DNA from: Patescibacteria group bacterium UBA3466
GTDB taxonomy: Bacteria > Patescibacteriota > Minisyncoccia > Phycocordibacterales > UBA918
Length of the DNA stretch: 56,072 nt
Assembly: GCA_002378195.1 (NCBI GenBank)
Contig: DFRJ01000003.1
Location: forward strand, 98,879 to 154,950
Direction: 5' to 3'
Shown here: positions 38,437-49,115 of the stretch, piece after piece
How positions within the stretch are numbered: position 1 is the first letter of the stretch
How the letters are laid out: each line of letters begins with the position of its first letter
The notes under the pieces: generated by a model
Seen by the model: the letters and a program-made list of their open reading frames with translations, nothing else
What the model was told of the DNA's origin: nothing
Database searches by the model: none
Translations under genes and position numbers: made by a program

Positions 38437-39555
38437 TTATCCTTCTACACCTTGGCGTGAAAGAGTCATCTTTTGTTCATCTGGTTCAAATAGGGTGATC
38501 TTGAACTTGTAAACAGTTCCGAGTGATAGTTCAGACTTTAGTTTTTCTTCTGATTCAAATTCAGAAACGTGTACTAGTCCGGCCACTCCTTCTTCGATTG
38601 AGGCGAGAGCACCGTGCTTGTTGTACTTGATTACCACACCGTCAACAGTTTGGTCTTTCTTGTACTTCTTGCTGGCGGTTACCCAAGGGTTTTCCTTTAG
38701 TTGCTTGATTGAAAGTGAAATCTTGTCGTCCTTCACTTCGATAACCTTCACATCAACCGCATCGCCAACCTTGTAGATGGCTTTGGTGTCTTCTACCAGA
38801 CCCCAGTCTAGTTCTGAGATATGAACAAGACCTTCAAGACCTGGTTCAAGCTTAACGAATACTCCGAAGTCTACAGCGCCAGTCACTTCACCCTTCACGA
38901 CGTTTCCAACTTCGTACTTGTTAACCTTTTCTTCTTTCTCTTCCTTTTCTTGTAGTCCCTTTTCAGAGAAGATTAGCTTGTGTTCCTTCGGATCAGCTGT
39001 GATCATTACTACTGATAGGTGAGTACCAACTAGCTCGTTTAGAGCAGTTAGAATCTTGTCTTTGTCACCGTCAGATACTCGTGGGTAGTGTTCTGAAGAT
39101 AGTTGTGACGCAGGCAGGAATCCTTGGATACCTTGCCATTCGATGATAAGGCCACCCTTGTTGGCTTCCTTAACTTCAAGACTGAGGATAGTACCGTTCT
39201 TCACTGCTTCGTCAGCATCAGCCCAGATAAGAGCTTGTCGAGCTTCCTTTAGTGATAGTTCGATGTATCCGTCTTCGTTAGCTGGTGATACTACCTTTGA
39301 AGCGATAGTGTCTCCCGGAGCTACCTTGCGTAGGATGTCACGCGCATTCATGTACTCTCGGCCGTAAATAAGACCAGTACCAAATGGTGCGATATCAATA
39401 TAAACTCGAGCGCGACCGATAGCAGTCACTACTCCTTCAACAATTTCTCCTTCTTGAGGAGAAGCTGGTGTTGCGGCGATGAATTTATCCATCACAGCAG
39501 AAGATGCTACAGCGGTGTTGCCATCGCTGTCTTTAGATTTACCAAATCCAAACAT
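38437..39555 (-). CDS. rpsA: 30S ribosomal protein S1 (four S1 domains)
   Basis: GFLPASQ, FGVFV, GLVHISE and ISLSIK motifs. Confidence 0.9.
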   Translation of the reverse strand: MFGFGKSKDSDGNTAVASSAVMDKFIAATPASPQEGEIVEGVVTAIGRARVYIDIAPFGTGLIYGREYMNARDILRKVAPGDTIASKVVSPANEDGYIELSLKEARQALIWADADEAVKNGTILSLEVKEANKGGLIIEWQGIQGFLPASQLSSEHYPRVSDGDKDKILTALNELVGTHLSVVMITADPKEHKLIFSEKGLQEKEEKEEKVNKYEVGNVVKGEVTGAVDFGVFVKLEPGLEGLVHISELDWGLVEDTKAIYKVGDAVDVKVIEVKDDKISLSIKQLKENPWVTASKKYKKDQTVDGVVIKYNKHGALASIEEGVAGLVHVSEFESEEKLKSELSLGTVYKFKITLFEPDEQKMTLSRQGVEG

Positions 39556-39741
39556 ATTATTCTTTTATTATTCCGACGACACGCGTCTCTGTAACCATTT
39601 CTCGAGGCTGGAAATTTTCTGAAGAAAATTTCCAGCCGGCCATAATCTTATACAGAGGGTTAAACGTGTGCCGCTAGAAACTATTAATTACCGTTAGGTG
39701 ACGAGAAATATAATATATAAAGACTGATTTGTCCATGATTC

Positions 39742-39839
39742 GTGCTCCTACCGGCGAATTGTTCACACGTTCCCGATACACGCCGAGTTTTGCGAGCACT
39801 TTGGCTCCACGGACGCTCACAATTCGCTGGTAGGGGCAC
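39742..39839 (+). ncRNA. Unidentified rod-shaped RNA candidate
   Basis: 21-bp stem 39742-39762/39819-39839 with two G-U pairs that form only on the + strand, plus inner stems. Confidence 0.5.
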
Positions 39840-39942
39840 TTAAGGTGAATATAAATAAAAAAAGAGCCCGCACCAATTATTTGGTGTTTAAAAATCCCCT
39901 GCAAACCATAGGTTTGCAGGGGAGTGATAAGGAGTGATGTGG

Positions 39943-40551
39943 TTAAAAATCAACGTCGATCGTCGACATCACATCGAAACGCGGCTTGGGGGCGATGCGA
40001 CGTATAGTCGCTCGCTTGTTGCACTTACGATGGCCGTTATTGCGATCTCGTCTCAGCCGTCTCCTTTCAGCTTTGTCTATGTCTTCAGGTTCGGCTTTGG
40101 ATGCGAAGAGTTTGTGCATTCTTTCACGGTTAGTACAGCCAGTACTAACCGGCACAGCGTCAAGCCATTCGTCATCAAAATAGGGGTCGTATTCTTCCGG
40201 GTAGTCACGTTCGTCAAACTTAACCACGTTCACGCCGCTGACGGTAACGCTGGCACAGTTGTCGTCTTTCGCCTTGACGACAATCTCTGCTTCGTCTTCC
40301 CAGTCTTCGCGATACTCGTCGGTATCGTCGTTGTCTGGGTTGTACATTGCGTCGGCGTAGTCTTCAAAGGACGCAATATACGGTCCGTTGTCGTGGTGCT
40401 GGTAGTCACCGATATCGGTGCCGTCATCTTCCATAAGCTCCAAGATGGAGTCGAAGGCGAAAAACTGGCCAAAATTATCAGCCGGCAAAGTGCCGTGAAA
40501 ATCACGCTGGCCAGCACCAAAACGATTAATGGGCTTATCCGTGTTGGGCAT
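39943..40551 (-). CDS. Hypothetical protein, very acidic with a basic C-terminus
   Basis: AGGAG SD, TTGACA-17-AATAAT promoter, downstream hairpin. Confidence 0.65.
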   Translation of the reverse strand: MPNTDKPINRFGAGQRDFHGTLPADNFGQFFAFDSILELMEDDGTDIGDYQHHDNGPYIASFEDYADAMYNPDNDDTDEYREDWEDEAEIVVKAKDDNCASVTVSGVNVVKFDERDYPEEYDPYFDDEWLDAVPVSTGCTNRERMHKLFASKAEPEDIDKAERRRLRRDRNNGHRKCNKRATIRRIAPKPRFDVMSTIDVDF

Positions 40552-40691
40552 ATTCTACTTCTCCTGTGGGGAACGGGGTGGAACTGTGTATCTTTTCAAT
40601 TATTGCACAAAATAAAGGTTTTGTCAATGTGTAGGGCGAGTAAAAACAAACCCTGAAGCCACATGACCTCAGGGGTGAGTAATATTCAGGA

Positions 40692-40958
40692 TTAGATATC
40701 CTGTGGGTTAATTTTGCCGCCCAAGCGGGTTTTTTGGCCGCGCCTGAGCGGGTTCCGGTGGCTTATTCGGCTCTCAGTAGTACTACTGCCAGAAACTTTG
40801 AGCTGATCATCGCCAGCTTCAGATTCGCTAGTCAGGGGTGACTTGGGTAGCGTTCTGCCGGCATACAAACCAGTCTGCACTACTCGACCGTTGTGGTAGC
40901 GAATTGTTTCGCCATTGTAGGTCACATCGGAAGATTCGTGTTCAGTGATTTTGGCCAT
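40692..40958 (-). CDS. Hypothetical protein
   Basis: AAGGAG SD, own promoter and downstream hairpin. Confidence 0.6.
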   Translation of the reverse strand: MAKITEHESSDVTYNGETIRYHNGRVVQTGLYAGRTLPKSPLTSESEAGDDQLKVSGSSTTESRISHRNPLRRGQKTRLGGKINPQDI

Positions 40959-41113
40959 GATGGCTCCTTATGGTGGGTTATTAACCAATTTTACTTCTTT
41001 TAAAATTTAATAAGATTAATTAAAAAATGTCAATGTGTAGGGAAGTGGGTTGGGGAGGTATCGGGGCCGGAAAGCTTCGCTTTCCGGCCCCGATACCTTA
41101 TAATGACCTCACT

Positions 41114-41734
41114 ATGGTAATTACATATCACGGCGGTCAGTGTTTTAAGGTTTCGTTTGGTGACACGACTATTGCTTTTAATCCGATTTCTAAGAAATCC
41201 AAACTAGATGCAGCCAAGTTTGGTTCAGACGCTGCTTTTGTATCGCTCTGGCACAATGACTTCAACGGTGTATCCGAAGTGACTCACGGCAAGAAAGAAC
41301 CATTTTTGGTAGATGGTCCAGGTGAATACGAAATTGGACAAGTGTCTGCGCACGGCTTTGGTATCAAAACCACTTACGACAAGAAGGAGCTTTACAACAC
41401 TATCTATCAGGTCCAGCTCGAAGGTATGAACATGGTGTTTCTTGGAGCTTTAAGTGATCCGGAAATTGACCCAAAAATCCTCGGAGAATTGGGCGATATT
41501 GATATATTGTTTGTGCCAATTGGCGGTGGTGATGTACTTGAAGTGCCGCAAGCTTCAAAGTTGTCGGTGAAGTTGGAGGCAAAACTTACTATCCCAATGC
41601 ATTACGACGCTAGTGCTTTGAAGGCGTTTTTGAAAGAAGAAGGCAAAGACAGCTTGAAGTCAGTCGACAAGCTAACACTCAAAAAAAAGGATGTGCAAGC
41701 CATGTCTGGTGAAGTGGCTATCCTCAAGGCATAA
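41114..41734 (+). CDS. MBL-fold metallo-hydrolase-like protein (degenerate metal site)
   Basis: GPGEYE, DILFVPIGG and IPMHY motifs. Confidence 0.85.
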   Translation: MVITYHGGQCFKVSFGDTTIAFNPISKKSKLDAAKFGSDAAFVSLWHNDFNGVSEVTHGKKEPFLVDGPGEYEIGQVSAHGFGIKTTYDKKELYNTIYQVQLEGMNMVFLGALSDPEIDPKILGELGDIDILFVPIGGGDVLEVPQASKLSVKLEAKLTIPMHYDASALKAFLKEEGKDSLKSVDKLTLKKKDVQAMSGEVAILKA

Positions 41735-41741
41735 TTAATCC

Positions 41742-42152
41742 ATGCTGAAAAAGCTCATTATCGCGCTACGCAACCAGCCACAAGGGACTCGAGATGTGGT
41801 GGCGCTAACCGGAGCGGCTGTCATTACAGCAGTGGTAGTTTCGGTGTGGGCATGGTCGCCAAACATTAGTACTGATGTAGTGGCTGGTGCTAACTCGCAA
41901 ACCCAAACAGCTTCACCGGGTTTTTCAAAATTGTTTGAGGGTATCGGCGAGCAATTTTCTTTGATTCGTGAGAGCTGGAGTGAGTCCTCGGCCGAATTAT
42001 CGGCCGAGTTAGAGACGGAGTCTGATACGCCTCCAATCAGTCAGGTGGATGAACTTGTGGTATCGGAAGCGACTCCAGCGACGGAACCGAAAGAAGTGCG
42101 AATTATTGTAGTTGAGAGTACCTCCACCGCGACTTCAACGATTGAAAACTAA
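41742..42152 (+). CDS. Hypothetical membrane protein
   Basis: One TM helix, S/T/E-rich tail. Confidence 0.7.
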   Translation: MLKKLIIALRNQPQGTRDVVALTGAAVITAVVVSVWAWSPNISTDVVAGANSQTQTASPGFSKLFEGIGEQFSLIRESWSESSAELSAELETESDTPPISQVDELVVSEATPATEPKEVRIIVVESTSTATSTIEN

Positions 42153-42210
42153 TCATTTATGCTATACTAAGCACCATATTTATTGATTTCTGAACTAGCC
42201 TTTTGTTTGT

Positions 42211-44685
42211 ATGCCGAAAAAAACACCAGCTGAAGAACCTGAATCGAAAGAATCCGACAAAGGAATAATCACTCAAAGCATCACGAGTGAGATGGAGACA
42301 GCGTATCTCGATTACGCTATGTCAGTGATCACTTCACGGGCGCTACCTGATGTACGTGATGGTCTTAAACCAGTCCATCGCCGGATTTTGTATTCCATGC
42401 GTCTTAATGGACTTACCTCTAGTGCCAAGTTTAGAAAATCAGCGACGGTAGTAGGAGATGTGCTTGGTAGTTTTCACCCGCACGGTGACTCAGCAGTGTA
42501 TGAGTCGATGGTTAAATTGGCACAAGATTTCTCGACCCGATACCCACTGGTGATCGGACAGGGAAACTTTGGTTCGATCGACGGTGACTCAGCGGCGGCG
42601 TATCGATACACCGAGGCAAAAATGTCTAAGGTATCGGAGGAGCTGCTGCGAGATCTTGAAAAAGACACGGTGGACTGGCGACCAAACTTCGACGGCACCA
42701 AAAAGGAACCAACTGTTCTACCAGCCGCAGCGCCGAACCTACTTTTGATGGGTGGTCTTGGGATTGCAGTAGGAATGGCGACTAACATCCCGCCACACAA
42801 CCTACGTGAGGTAGCTGCCGCAACCGAGCATCTGATCGATAACCCTGATGCTACCACCGACGACCTACTGAAGCATATTCAAGGTCCTGACTTCCCAATG
42901 GGGGCAATTGCTTTTGACAAAAAAGCCATTGCTCAAGCCTATGCCAACGGTCGCGGCGGCGTGGTAGTGCGTGGAGAAGCAGAAATTGTGGAAGATAAGC
43001 GAGGCGCTTTCTCAATTTTGATTACTTCGATCCCGTACCGCGTAAATAAAGCTGACCTGCAAGAAAAGATTGCTAATCTGGTGCGAGATAAGAAAATTGA
43101 AGGGATCAAGGAAATGCGCGATGAGTCCACCGACGATATCCGGGTGGTGATCGACCTCAAGACCGGAGCACAGCCGCAGACCGTCCTAAACAAGCTCTAC
43201 AAGCACACTCAACTAGAAGATACTTTCCACTACAACATGGTGGCATTGGTCGACGGTGTGCCACAGACTCTGTCATTGAAGGGTATTTTGGAAGAGTATG
43301 TTAAGCACCGAGCAGAGGTGATCAAGCGACGTACTCAGTATGATTTAAATAAAGCTAAAGATCGCGAGCATATCTTGCTTGGTCTGAAGAAGGCGCTTGA
43401 CCACATCGATAAGATCATCAAGCTTATTCGAGCTGCTAAAGACGTGCCGACTGCTCACGCGGCTTTGATGAAGGAATTTAAGTTCTCTGAAATCCAAGCG
43501 CAAGCAATTCTCGATATGCGTTTACAAAAGCTAGCTGGTCTAGAACGAAAGAAGATCGAGGATGAACTAAAGGCGGTGCAAGCTCTCATCAAGGAACTAG
43601 AGTCAATTCTGAAAAGCAAGGCCAAGATGATGAAGATTGTGAAGAAGGAGTTGGCTGAGGTGGCGGACAAGTTTGGTGACGATAGACGTACCAAGATTGT
43701 GAAAGGTGGCGTGAAGCAGCTTAGTCAAGAGGACTTGGTGCCTGATGAAGAGAGTGTCCTGGTGCTGACTAAAGGAGGTTATGTAAAACGAACCAACCCA
43801 GCTGAATACAAAGTGCAAAGGCGCGGCGGGGTCGGTGTAGTTGATCTGAACACTAAAGAAGAAGACGTGGTGACTACTCTGCTCACCACTTCATCACATA
43901 GTGATCTCTTGTTCTTTACTGATGCTGGTAAGGTGTACCAATGCAAGATGTTTGAAATCCCAGAAGGACGACGGGCTACGAAGGGTAAGTCGATCGTGAA
44001 CTTCTTGGCGCTGGGCGGCGAAGAAAGGGTTACATCAGTACTGGCTGTCCGCAAGGAAGAATGGGATGGTGACTGGTCGCTTATGATGGTGACCAAAAAC
44101 GGTATCGCCAAGAAGAGTGACGCGGCAGCCTTCAAGGATGTGCGCCGTAGCGGTCTCATTGCTATCACTTTGAAGGAAGGCGATTCACTGATCTCAGCCA
44201 GCTTTGTAGGCGCTAAGGATGAAGTGTCACTGATTACCGAAAAGGGACAAGCAATCAGATTTGCCGAAAGTGATGTGCGGCAAATGGGACGAACTGCAGC
44301 GGGTGTAACTGCCATGAAGCTAGGAAAAGATGACAAGATTGTGTCAGCGGATATTCTCAAGGCAGGCGATAAAGATCGTGAAATACTGATAGTAACCGAG
44401 CAGGGTTATGGTAAATCTACTCCAGGCAAGGAGTATAAGGTGCAAAAACGAGGTGGATCTGGTATCAAGACCGCCAAAATCACTGATAAGACCGGAGCCA
44501 TCGTGCGCGGAATCATTCTCTCTGGCGAAGAGCGACAAGACGGAGAGTTGGTGATCATGAGTAAGAAGGGGCAGGTGATCAAGTTGCCTCTCAAGCAAGT
44601 ACCAACGCTCGGGCGACAAACTCAAGGGGTGCGCGTCATGAAGATGCGGGCAGGGGACTCTATCGCTTCAGTCGTCTTTGTCTAA
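42211..44685 (+). CDS. gyrA: DNA gyrase subunit A
   Basis: [25 protein letters not shown] and the GyrA box QRRGGVG. Confidence 0.98.
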   Translation: MPKKTPAEEPESKESDKGIITQSITSEMETAYLDYAMSVITSRALPDVRDGLKPVHRRILYSMRLNGLTSSAKFRKSATVVGDVLGSFHPHGDSAVYESMVKLAQDFSTRYPLVIGQGNFGSIDGDSAAAYRYTEAKMSKVSEELLRDLEKDTVDWRPNFDGTKKEPTVLPAAAPNLLLMGGLGIAVGMATNIPPHNLREVAAATEHLIDNPDATTDDLLKHIQGPDFPMGAIAFDKKAIAQAYANGRGGVVVRGEAEIVEDKRGAFSILITSIPYRVNKADLQEKIANLVRDKKIEGIKEMRDESTDDIRVVIDLKTGAQPQTVLNKLYKHTQLEDTFHYNMVALVDGVPQTLSLKGILEEYVKHRAEVIKRRTQYDLNKAKDREHILLGLKKALDHIDKIIKLIRAAKDVPTAHAALMKEFKFSEIQAQAILDMRLQKLAGLERKKIEDELKAVQALIKELESILKSKAKMMKIVKKELAEVADKFGDDRRTKIVKGGVKQLSQEDLVPDEESVLVLTKGGYVKRTNPAEYKVQRRGGVGVVDLNTKEEDVVTTLLTTSSHSDLLFFTDAGKVYQCKMFEIPEGRRATKGKSIVNFLALGGEERVTSVLAVRKEEWDGDWSLMMVTKNGIAKKSDAAAFKDVRRSGLIAITLKEGDSLISASFVGAKDEVSLITEKGQAIRFAESDVRQMGRTAAGVTAMKLGKDDKIVSADILKAGDKDREILIVTEQGYGKSTPGKEYKVQKRGGSGIKTAKITDKTGAIVRGIILSGEERQDGELVIMSKKGQVIKLPLKQVPTLGRQTQGVRVMKMRAGDSIASVVFV

Positions 44686-44741
44686 ATTCTCTCAAAACTT
44701 GTCTATCTGCTCGGTTTCGTAATAATTAAATCCAGTGGATG

Positions 44742-44778
44742 AAAGCGTCGGCGGGACCGAAGGTCCCGCCGGCGCTTT
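44742..44778 (+). terminator. gyrA terminator
   Basis: AAAGCGTCGGCGGGACC-GAA-GGTCCCGCCGGCGCTTTT. Confidence 0.7.
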
Positions 44779-44824
44779 TCACATCCCCAAAAATAATAAC
44801 CACTTAGCCATGTATAATATTCGT

Positions 44825-45373
44825 ATGGAACAACCGGTAAACGGACACTTTGTAATGCCAGACAGCGCAGTGACTCATTTTCATTTGCGCGAGGGAGATA
44901 TCGTGGCTGACTTCGGAGCAGGGAGCGGCTTTTTTCTACCAGCACTCTCGAAAGCAGTGACCGACAATGGTCGTGTGTATGCGTGTGAAATTCAAAAAGC
45001 TCTAGTTGAAAAGATTGGTGATGTGGCTCATACGGAAAGATTGGGTAATGTTCACCCGTTGTGGTGTGACCTCGAAGAAGCTGGAGGCATCAAGATCGCA
45101 AATAGTGAGTTGGATGCTGGCGTCTTGGTAAATACACTATTTCAGATTGAGGATAAACAGACAGCTGTCGCCGAAATGGCTCGAACGGTACGCAAGGGCG
45201 GCAAGTTTTTTGTGATTGACTGGACCGAATCCTTCGCTGGTATGGGGCCACAGCCGGGGGCAGTCATCGGCGCCGAGGAAGCCACCAACCTCCTTGAGGC
45301 GAGTGGTTTTGTGTTGGAGACTGAGTTTCCAGCCGGTGGACATCATTACGGTTTAGCTTTTAGAAAATCATGA
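44825..45373 (+). CDS. Class I SAM-dependent methyltransferase
   Basis: VADFGAGSG motif I; TATAAT 6 nt before ATG 44825. Confidence 0.88.
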   Translation: MEQPVNGHFVMPDSAVTHFHLREGDIVADFGAGSGFFLPALSKAVTDNGRVYACEIQKALVEKIGDVAHTERLGNVHPLWCDLEEAGGIKIANSELDAGVLVNTLFQIEDKQTAVAEMARTVRKGGKFFVIDWTESFAGMGPQPGAVIGAEEATNLLEASGFVLETEFPAGGHHYGLAFRKS

Positions 45374-46671
45374 AATTAAGACCGTTTGAATTAGCTTTGG
45401 TGGTGATATTTGGAGGATTGGCTCTGTTGGCTATGGTTATGTTGTCTATTGGCCCGGGCAGTAGCGATGACGATGTGGTACAAATTGGAGCAGTCTCAAT
45501 TTGGGGTACTATTCCGCAGGCAGCTATGGATCAGGTTTTGTATGATGAGTCCGAACTCAATGAGCAGTACGCTCAAGTCTCTTATCGATACATCGACCCA
45601 ACGCTATTTAACAATACTTTGGTGAATGCTCTAGCTGATGGTACCGGTCCAGACTTGATTCTAGTTTCGCAAGAGAAACTCACCGAAACGAGACGACGGA
45701 TCCAACCAATTTCTTTCGACTCGTTTTCAGTACGTGATATCCGCAACTCCTATGTCGATGGAGCGGAGATCTTTGCTCTCAGTGATGGCTTGTATGCTTT
45801 GCCGATCGTGATCGACCCTTTGGTGATGTATTGGAATCGAGACATTTTAGCCAACGACGGTCTCCTTAATGCACCAGCTACTTGGGAGAATTTGGTTAAT
45901 TCTGCCCTGCCGACTTTAATTGATCGTGACTTCGATCGCACTATCAACCAAGCGGTAGTGGCGATGGGTGAATACCAAAATGTGCGGAATGCTTTTGGTG
46001 TGATTAGCAGCCTCTTGATTCAAAGTGGGTCCGAGCTGGTGCAACTGGATGAGAAGGGTGGTTATGTGGTGCGTTTGCAAAGTGTACCAAATTCAAACAA
46101 TGATCCACTCGAGTCTACTATCGATTTCTACACCCGTTTTAGTAGTCCGAGCAATTCACTCTACTCTTGGAATCGGTCTTTGCCGGAGGACCGCTCACTA
46201 TTTTTGTCTAGCGATCTTATTTTCTACTTTGGTTACGGCAGTGAAGGGGTGCAACTCGAGCAGTTAAATCCTAATCTAAATTTTGACATTGCCGAAATTC
46301 CACAAGGAGCCACCGATACGGTGCGTCGTACCTACGGTAAGTTTTACGGCTTGTCCCTACTCAATGCTTCAGCTAATAGGTTTGGAGCTGGGCAGGTAAT
46401 GAATACGCTCTCGTCTGCTCGAGTGTCAGGCAAGATTGCGGAGCTGAGCGATATGGTGCCGGCCAGCAGATCTTTGGTCGGGGCCGGTAGTAACGACACC
46501 TATGGTCGCATTAGCTACAGTGCCGCGAGCGTAGCGCGGGGCTGGCTCAATCCAGAGCTTCAGAGTACGGAACAAATCTTTTCCGCCATGACCGAGGATG
46601 TAAATGAAAATCGACGTGATGCTGGAGGAGCGGCCTCGGACGCTTCCGTTAGAATCGGTAGCGCTTATTAA
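45370..46671 (+). CDS. Extracellular solute-binding protein (family 1-like)
   Basis: N-terminal TM helix; GPDL, LP...D.L..YWN.D and P.TW motifs. Confidence 0.85.
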   Translation: MKLRPFELALVVIFGGLALLAMVMLSIGPGSSDDDVVQIGAVSIWGTIPQAAMDQVLYDESELNEQYAQVSYRYIDPTLFNNTLVNALADGTGPDLILVSQEKLTETRRRIQPISFDSFSVRDIRNSYVDGAEIFALSDGLYALPIVIDPLVMYWNRDILANDGLLNAPATWENLVNSALPTLIDRDFDRTINQAVVAMGEYQNVRNAFGVISSLLIQSGSELVQLDEKGGYVVRLQSVPNSNNDPLESTIDFYTRFSSPSNSLYSWNRSLPEDRSLFLSSDLIFYFGYGSEGVQLEQLNPNLNFDIAEIPQGATDTVRRTYGKFYGLSLLNASANRFGAGQVMNTLSSARVSGKIAELSDMVPASRSLVGAGSNDTYGRISYSAASVARGWLNPELQSTEQIFSAMTEDVNENRRDAGGAASDASVRIGSAY

Positions 46672-46672
46672 T

Positions 46673-47020
46673 ATGCTGCAAAAATTTTCACATTTTATCC
46701 CTCTCACACTACTGCTACTGCCGCAACTGTTATTGGCAGATGGTATTAGGTATACCTTAGAAAGTCCGATTGCGGTGACTTCCATCGAAGGTTTGCTACT
46801 AGCAATCCTCAACGCCTTTATCGTCATTGCTATTCCGATTGTCGTGTTGTTTATCATCTACTCAGGGTTTTTGTATGTGACAGCCCGCGGAAATGTCGAA
46901 CAGACCAAGAAGGCAACTACCTCGCTCACTTATGCCATTATCGGTGGGGTGATCTTGATTGGGGCGGTGGCAATCACGGAAATCGTAGCTAATGTAGTAG
47001 ACGCGTTTAGACAACAGTAG
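46673..47020 (+). CDS. VirB2/TrbC-like pilin
   Basis: Signal peptide, two TM helices, GF.YV.ARG....KA...L.YA..G. Confidence 0.8.
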   Translation: MLQKFSHFIPLTLLLLPQLLLADGIRYTLESPIAVTSIEGLLLAILNAFIVIAIPIVVLFIIYSGFLYVTARGNVEQTKKATTSLTYAIIGGVILIGAVAITEIVANVVDAFRQQ

Positions 47021-47021
47021 T

Positions 47022-47285
47022 ATGGAGAGCTTCAACAACCCCTTATTATTTCCAACTGTAGAAGGTGTATTGGTCGCTTTTCTAAATGTTTTTATTGTTA
47101 TATCGATCCCAATTGTAGTGTTTTTCATTATCTATGGCGGATTTTTATACGTGACCGCCAGGGGCGACACTACTCAACTGCAGCGTGCCAGCAAGACTCT
47201 CACTTACGCTGTGATCGGCGGAGTGATTATTATTGGTTCGGTGGCGATCGTGCAGATTGTGGGCAATGTTGTGAATGAATTTTAA
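47022..47285 (+). CDS. VirB2/TrbC-like pilin
   Basis: Paralog of the previous gene (GFLYVTARG). Confidence 0.8.
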   Translation: MESFNNPLLFPTVEGVLVAFLNVFIVISIPIVVFFIIYGGFLYVTARGDTTQLQRASKTLTYAVIGGVIIIGSVAIVQIVGNVVNEF

Positions 47286-47318
47286 ACGCGCTAGCGTGCC
47301 TAATGTATAATTATTGAT

Positions 47319-47576
47319 ATGGAAACCCCTACTGATTACGATGGAGTAGTAGCGCTGGTGATAAATTTCATCAATATTCTGATACCAGCCATTATTGCTC
47401 TTTTGTTTGTTTGGTTTGTCTGGAAAGTGATCGATGCTTGGGTGATCAACGCCGGCGACCAAACCAAACGCGATGAAGGAAAGAAGTACGCCATAGCGGC
47501 GGTGGTGTCGATGGTGCTGATTGTGAGTGCTTGGGGTATTGTGAATTTGGTAGTTAATTCCATCTTCGGAAGGTAG
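47319..47576 (+). CDS. VirB2/TrbC-like pilin
   Basis: Two TM helices with a G....R..GK linker and WG motif. Confidence 0.72.
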   Translation: METPTDYDGVVALVINFINILIPAIIALLFVWFVWKVIDAWVINAGDQTKRDEGKKYAIAAVVSMVLIVSAWGIVNLVVNSIFGR

Positions 47577-47639
47577 AGAATGATTGACACTGTCTAGATT
47601 TCATTTATTGTTTAAATATAAAAAAGTAAGATACAGAGT

Positions 47640-48017
47640 ATGAAAAAAATAATCACAGCTTTATTTGCAGTATTGACTACGCCGATGATTTCCTTTGCTC
47701 AGATTGCTGATGGCTCTAGTGCTGGTCCGTTCCAAGACCTGTTGGTCAATATCATGCGCTTCACGAATGACGTCCTTATTCCATTTATCATTGGTATCGG
47801 ATTCTTGGTGTTTGTGTGGGGTATCTTCCTCTACTTTATCGCTGGTGGCGCCGACGAAGAAAAGCGAGTCAAGGGGCGTAGTCTGATGGTGTCAGCTACT
47901 ATCGGCTTTGTGGTCATTATTATCTTCTTTGGAATCCTAAATCTCCTCACTACTAGTACTGGTTTAGAGGGTGAAACTCTAAGAGGTATTCCTGAAGTAC
48001 CAATGCCTCGTGGCTAA
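47640..48017 (+). CDS. VirB2/TrbC-like pilin
   Basis: Signal peptide, FVWG...YFIAGG..EK..KGR. Confidence 0.8.
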   Translation: MKKIITALFAVLTTPMISFAQIADGSSAGPFQDLLVNIMRFTNDVLIPFIIGIGFLVFVWGIFLYFIAGGADEEKRVKGRSLMVSATIGFVVIIIFFGILNLLTTSTGLEGETLRGIPEVPMPRG

Positions 48018-48112
48018 ACTCTAGACAAACAGTGAATAACTGGTTTGTTGCAGCCTCGCTTTCTGCATATAATTAGATGAACGTTTGGCGTTATTAATAT
48101 AATTTAAATAAT

Positions 48113-48490
48113 ATGAAGAAATTACAACATATTGGAGGTTCACTTTTACTCTTGGCGTTACCAGCAATTTCATCTGCCCAGTTAGCAGACAGTGGAGATG
48201 CTGGAGCTTTCCAAAATTTACTACAGAACATCCTTACATTTACGAACCAGATCCTAATCCCATTCATTCTTGGAATCGGTTTCTTGGTGTTTGTATGGGG
48301 AATGTTCCAGTACTTCATTGCTGGGGGAGCCAACGATGAAAAGAAAGAAAAAGGGCGCAGTCTCATGGTTTACGCTACCCTTGGTTTTGTGTTGATTATT
48401 GTGTTCTGGGGAATTATCAACCTGATTTCATCAAGTACTGGTCTTGAGAATGAATCTCTCAGAAATACACCAACTGTACAAGTTCCGTAA
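48113..48490 (+). CDS. VirB2/TrbC-like pilin
   Basis: Close paralog of 47640-48017. Confidence 0.8.
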   Translation: MKKLQHIGGSLLLLALPAISSAQLADSGDAGAFQNLLQNILTFTNQILIPFILGIGFLVFVWGMFQYFIAGGANDEKKEKGRSLMVYATLGFVLIIVFWGIINLISSSTGLENESLRNTPTVQVP

Positions 48491-48606
48491 TCAGCTACAC
48501 CTTACCTAGATTTGGAATAACGCCAATTTTATCAAAACCACCTCTGCCCAGAGGTGGTTTTGTATAACTAAAAGATGTGTGACAGTGTGCATGCTAAAAT
48601 TTTGGT

Positions 48607-49053
48607 ATGGACCCCCAACAAAAAGCCGCCCAAGAAGCTTCTCGCTTTGTAGAAACGTTTAATGATGTGATTTTGTATCCGACCATTGCGTTATTAAGTG
48701 CGATAGCATTTTTGTTTTTTATTTGGGGTATTTTTGAATATTTCACAAACGCTGCTAATGAGGAGGGAAGAAGGAAGGGGGTGACCCATATCACTTACGG
48801 CATTATTGGCTTGGTGGTGATGGTGTCTGCCTTTGCTATCTTGGAAATTGCGGTCGCCACCTTCGGCCTCGATAAACAGCTCGACTGTGCCGATGACCCA
48901 AGTGCTTCTGGGTGTGATAGTGCGTTTACCTTGCCTGAACTAGATAGTGGACTTCCATCCAACGGAAATCCTACTGGTCCAACCAATGGCAACCCAGACA
49001 ACCCATCCAACGGAAATCCTTCTGGTCCATCCAACGGAAATCCATCTAATTAA
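48607..49053 (+). CDS. Pilin-like protein with a C-terminal PSNGNP repeat tail
   Basis: FIWG..EY......E.R.KG; four 24-bp repeats at 48955-49050. Confidence 0.75.
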   Translation: MDPQQKAAQEASRFVETFNDVILYPTIALLSAIAFLFFIWGIFEYFTNAANEEGRRKGVTHITYGIIGLVVMVSAFAILEIAVATFGLDKQLDCADDPSASGCDSAFTLPELDSGLPSNGNPTGPTNGNPDNPSNGNPSGPSNGNPSN

Positions 49054-49115
49054 TAGACGTAAACTAATAAAAAAGCTCGGACCTAAGTCCGAGCTTTGTT
49101 GTGGAGCGTGAGCCT

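Noticed and set aside
39934-40656. 240-aa + strand ORF
   Set aside because: Antisense shadow of 39943-40551, which has the promoter, SD and terminator.
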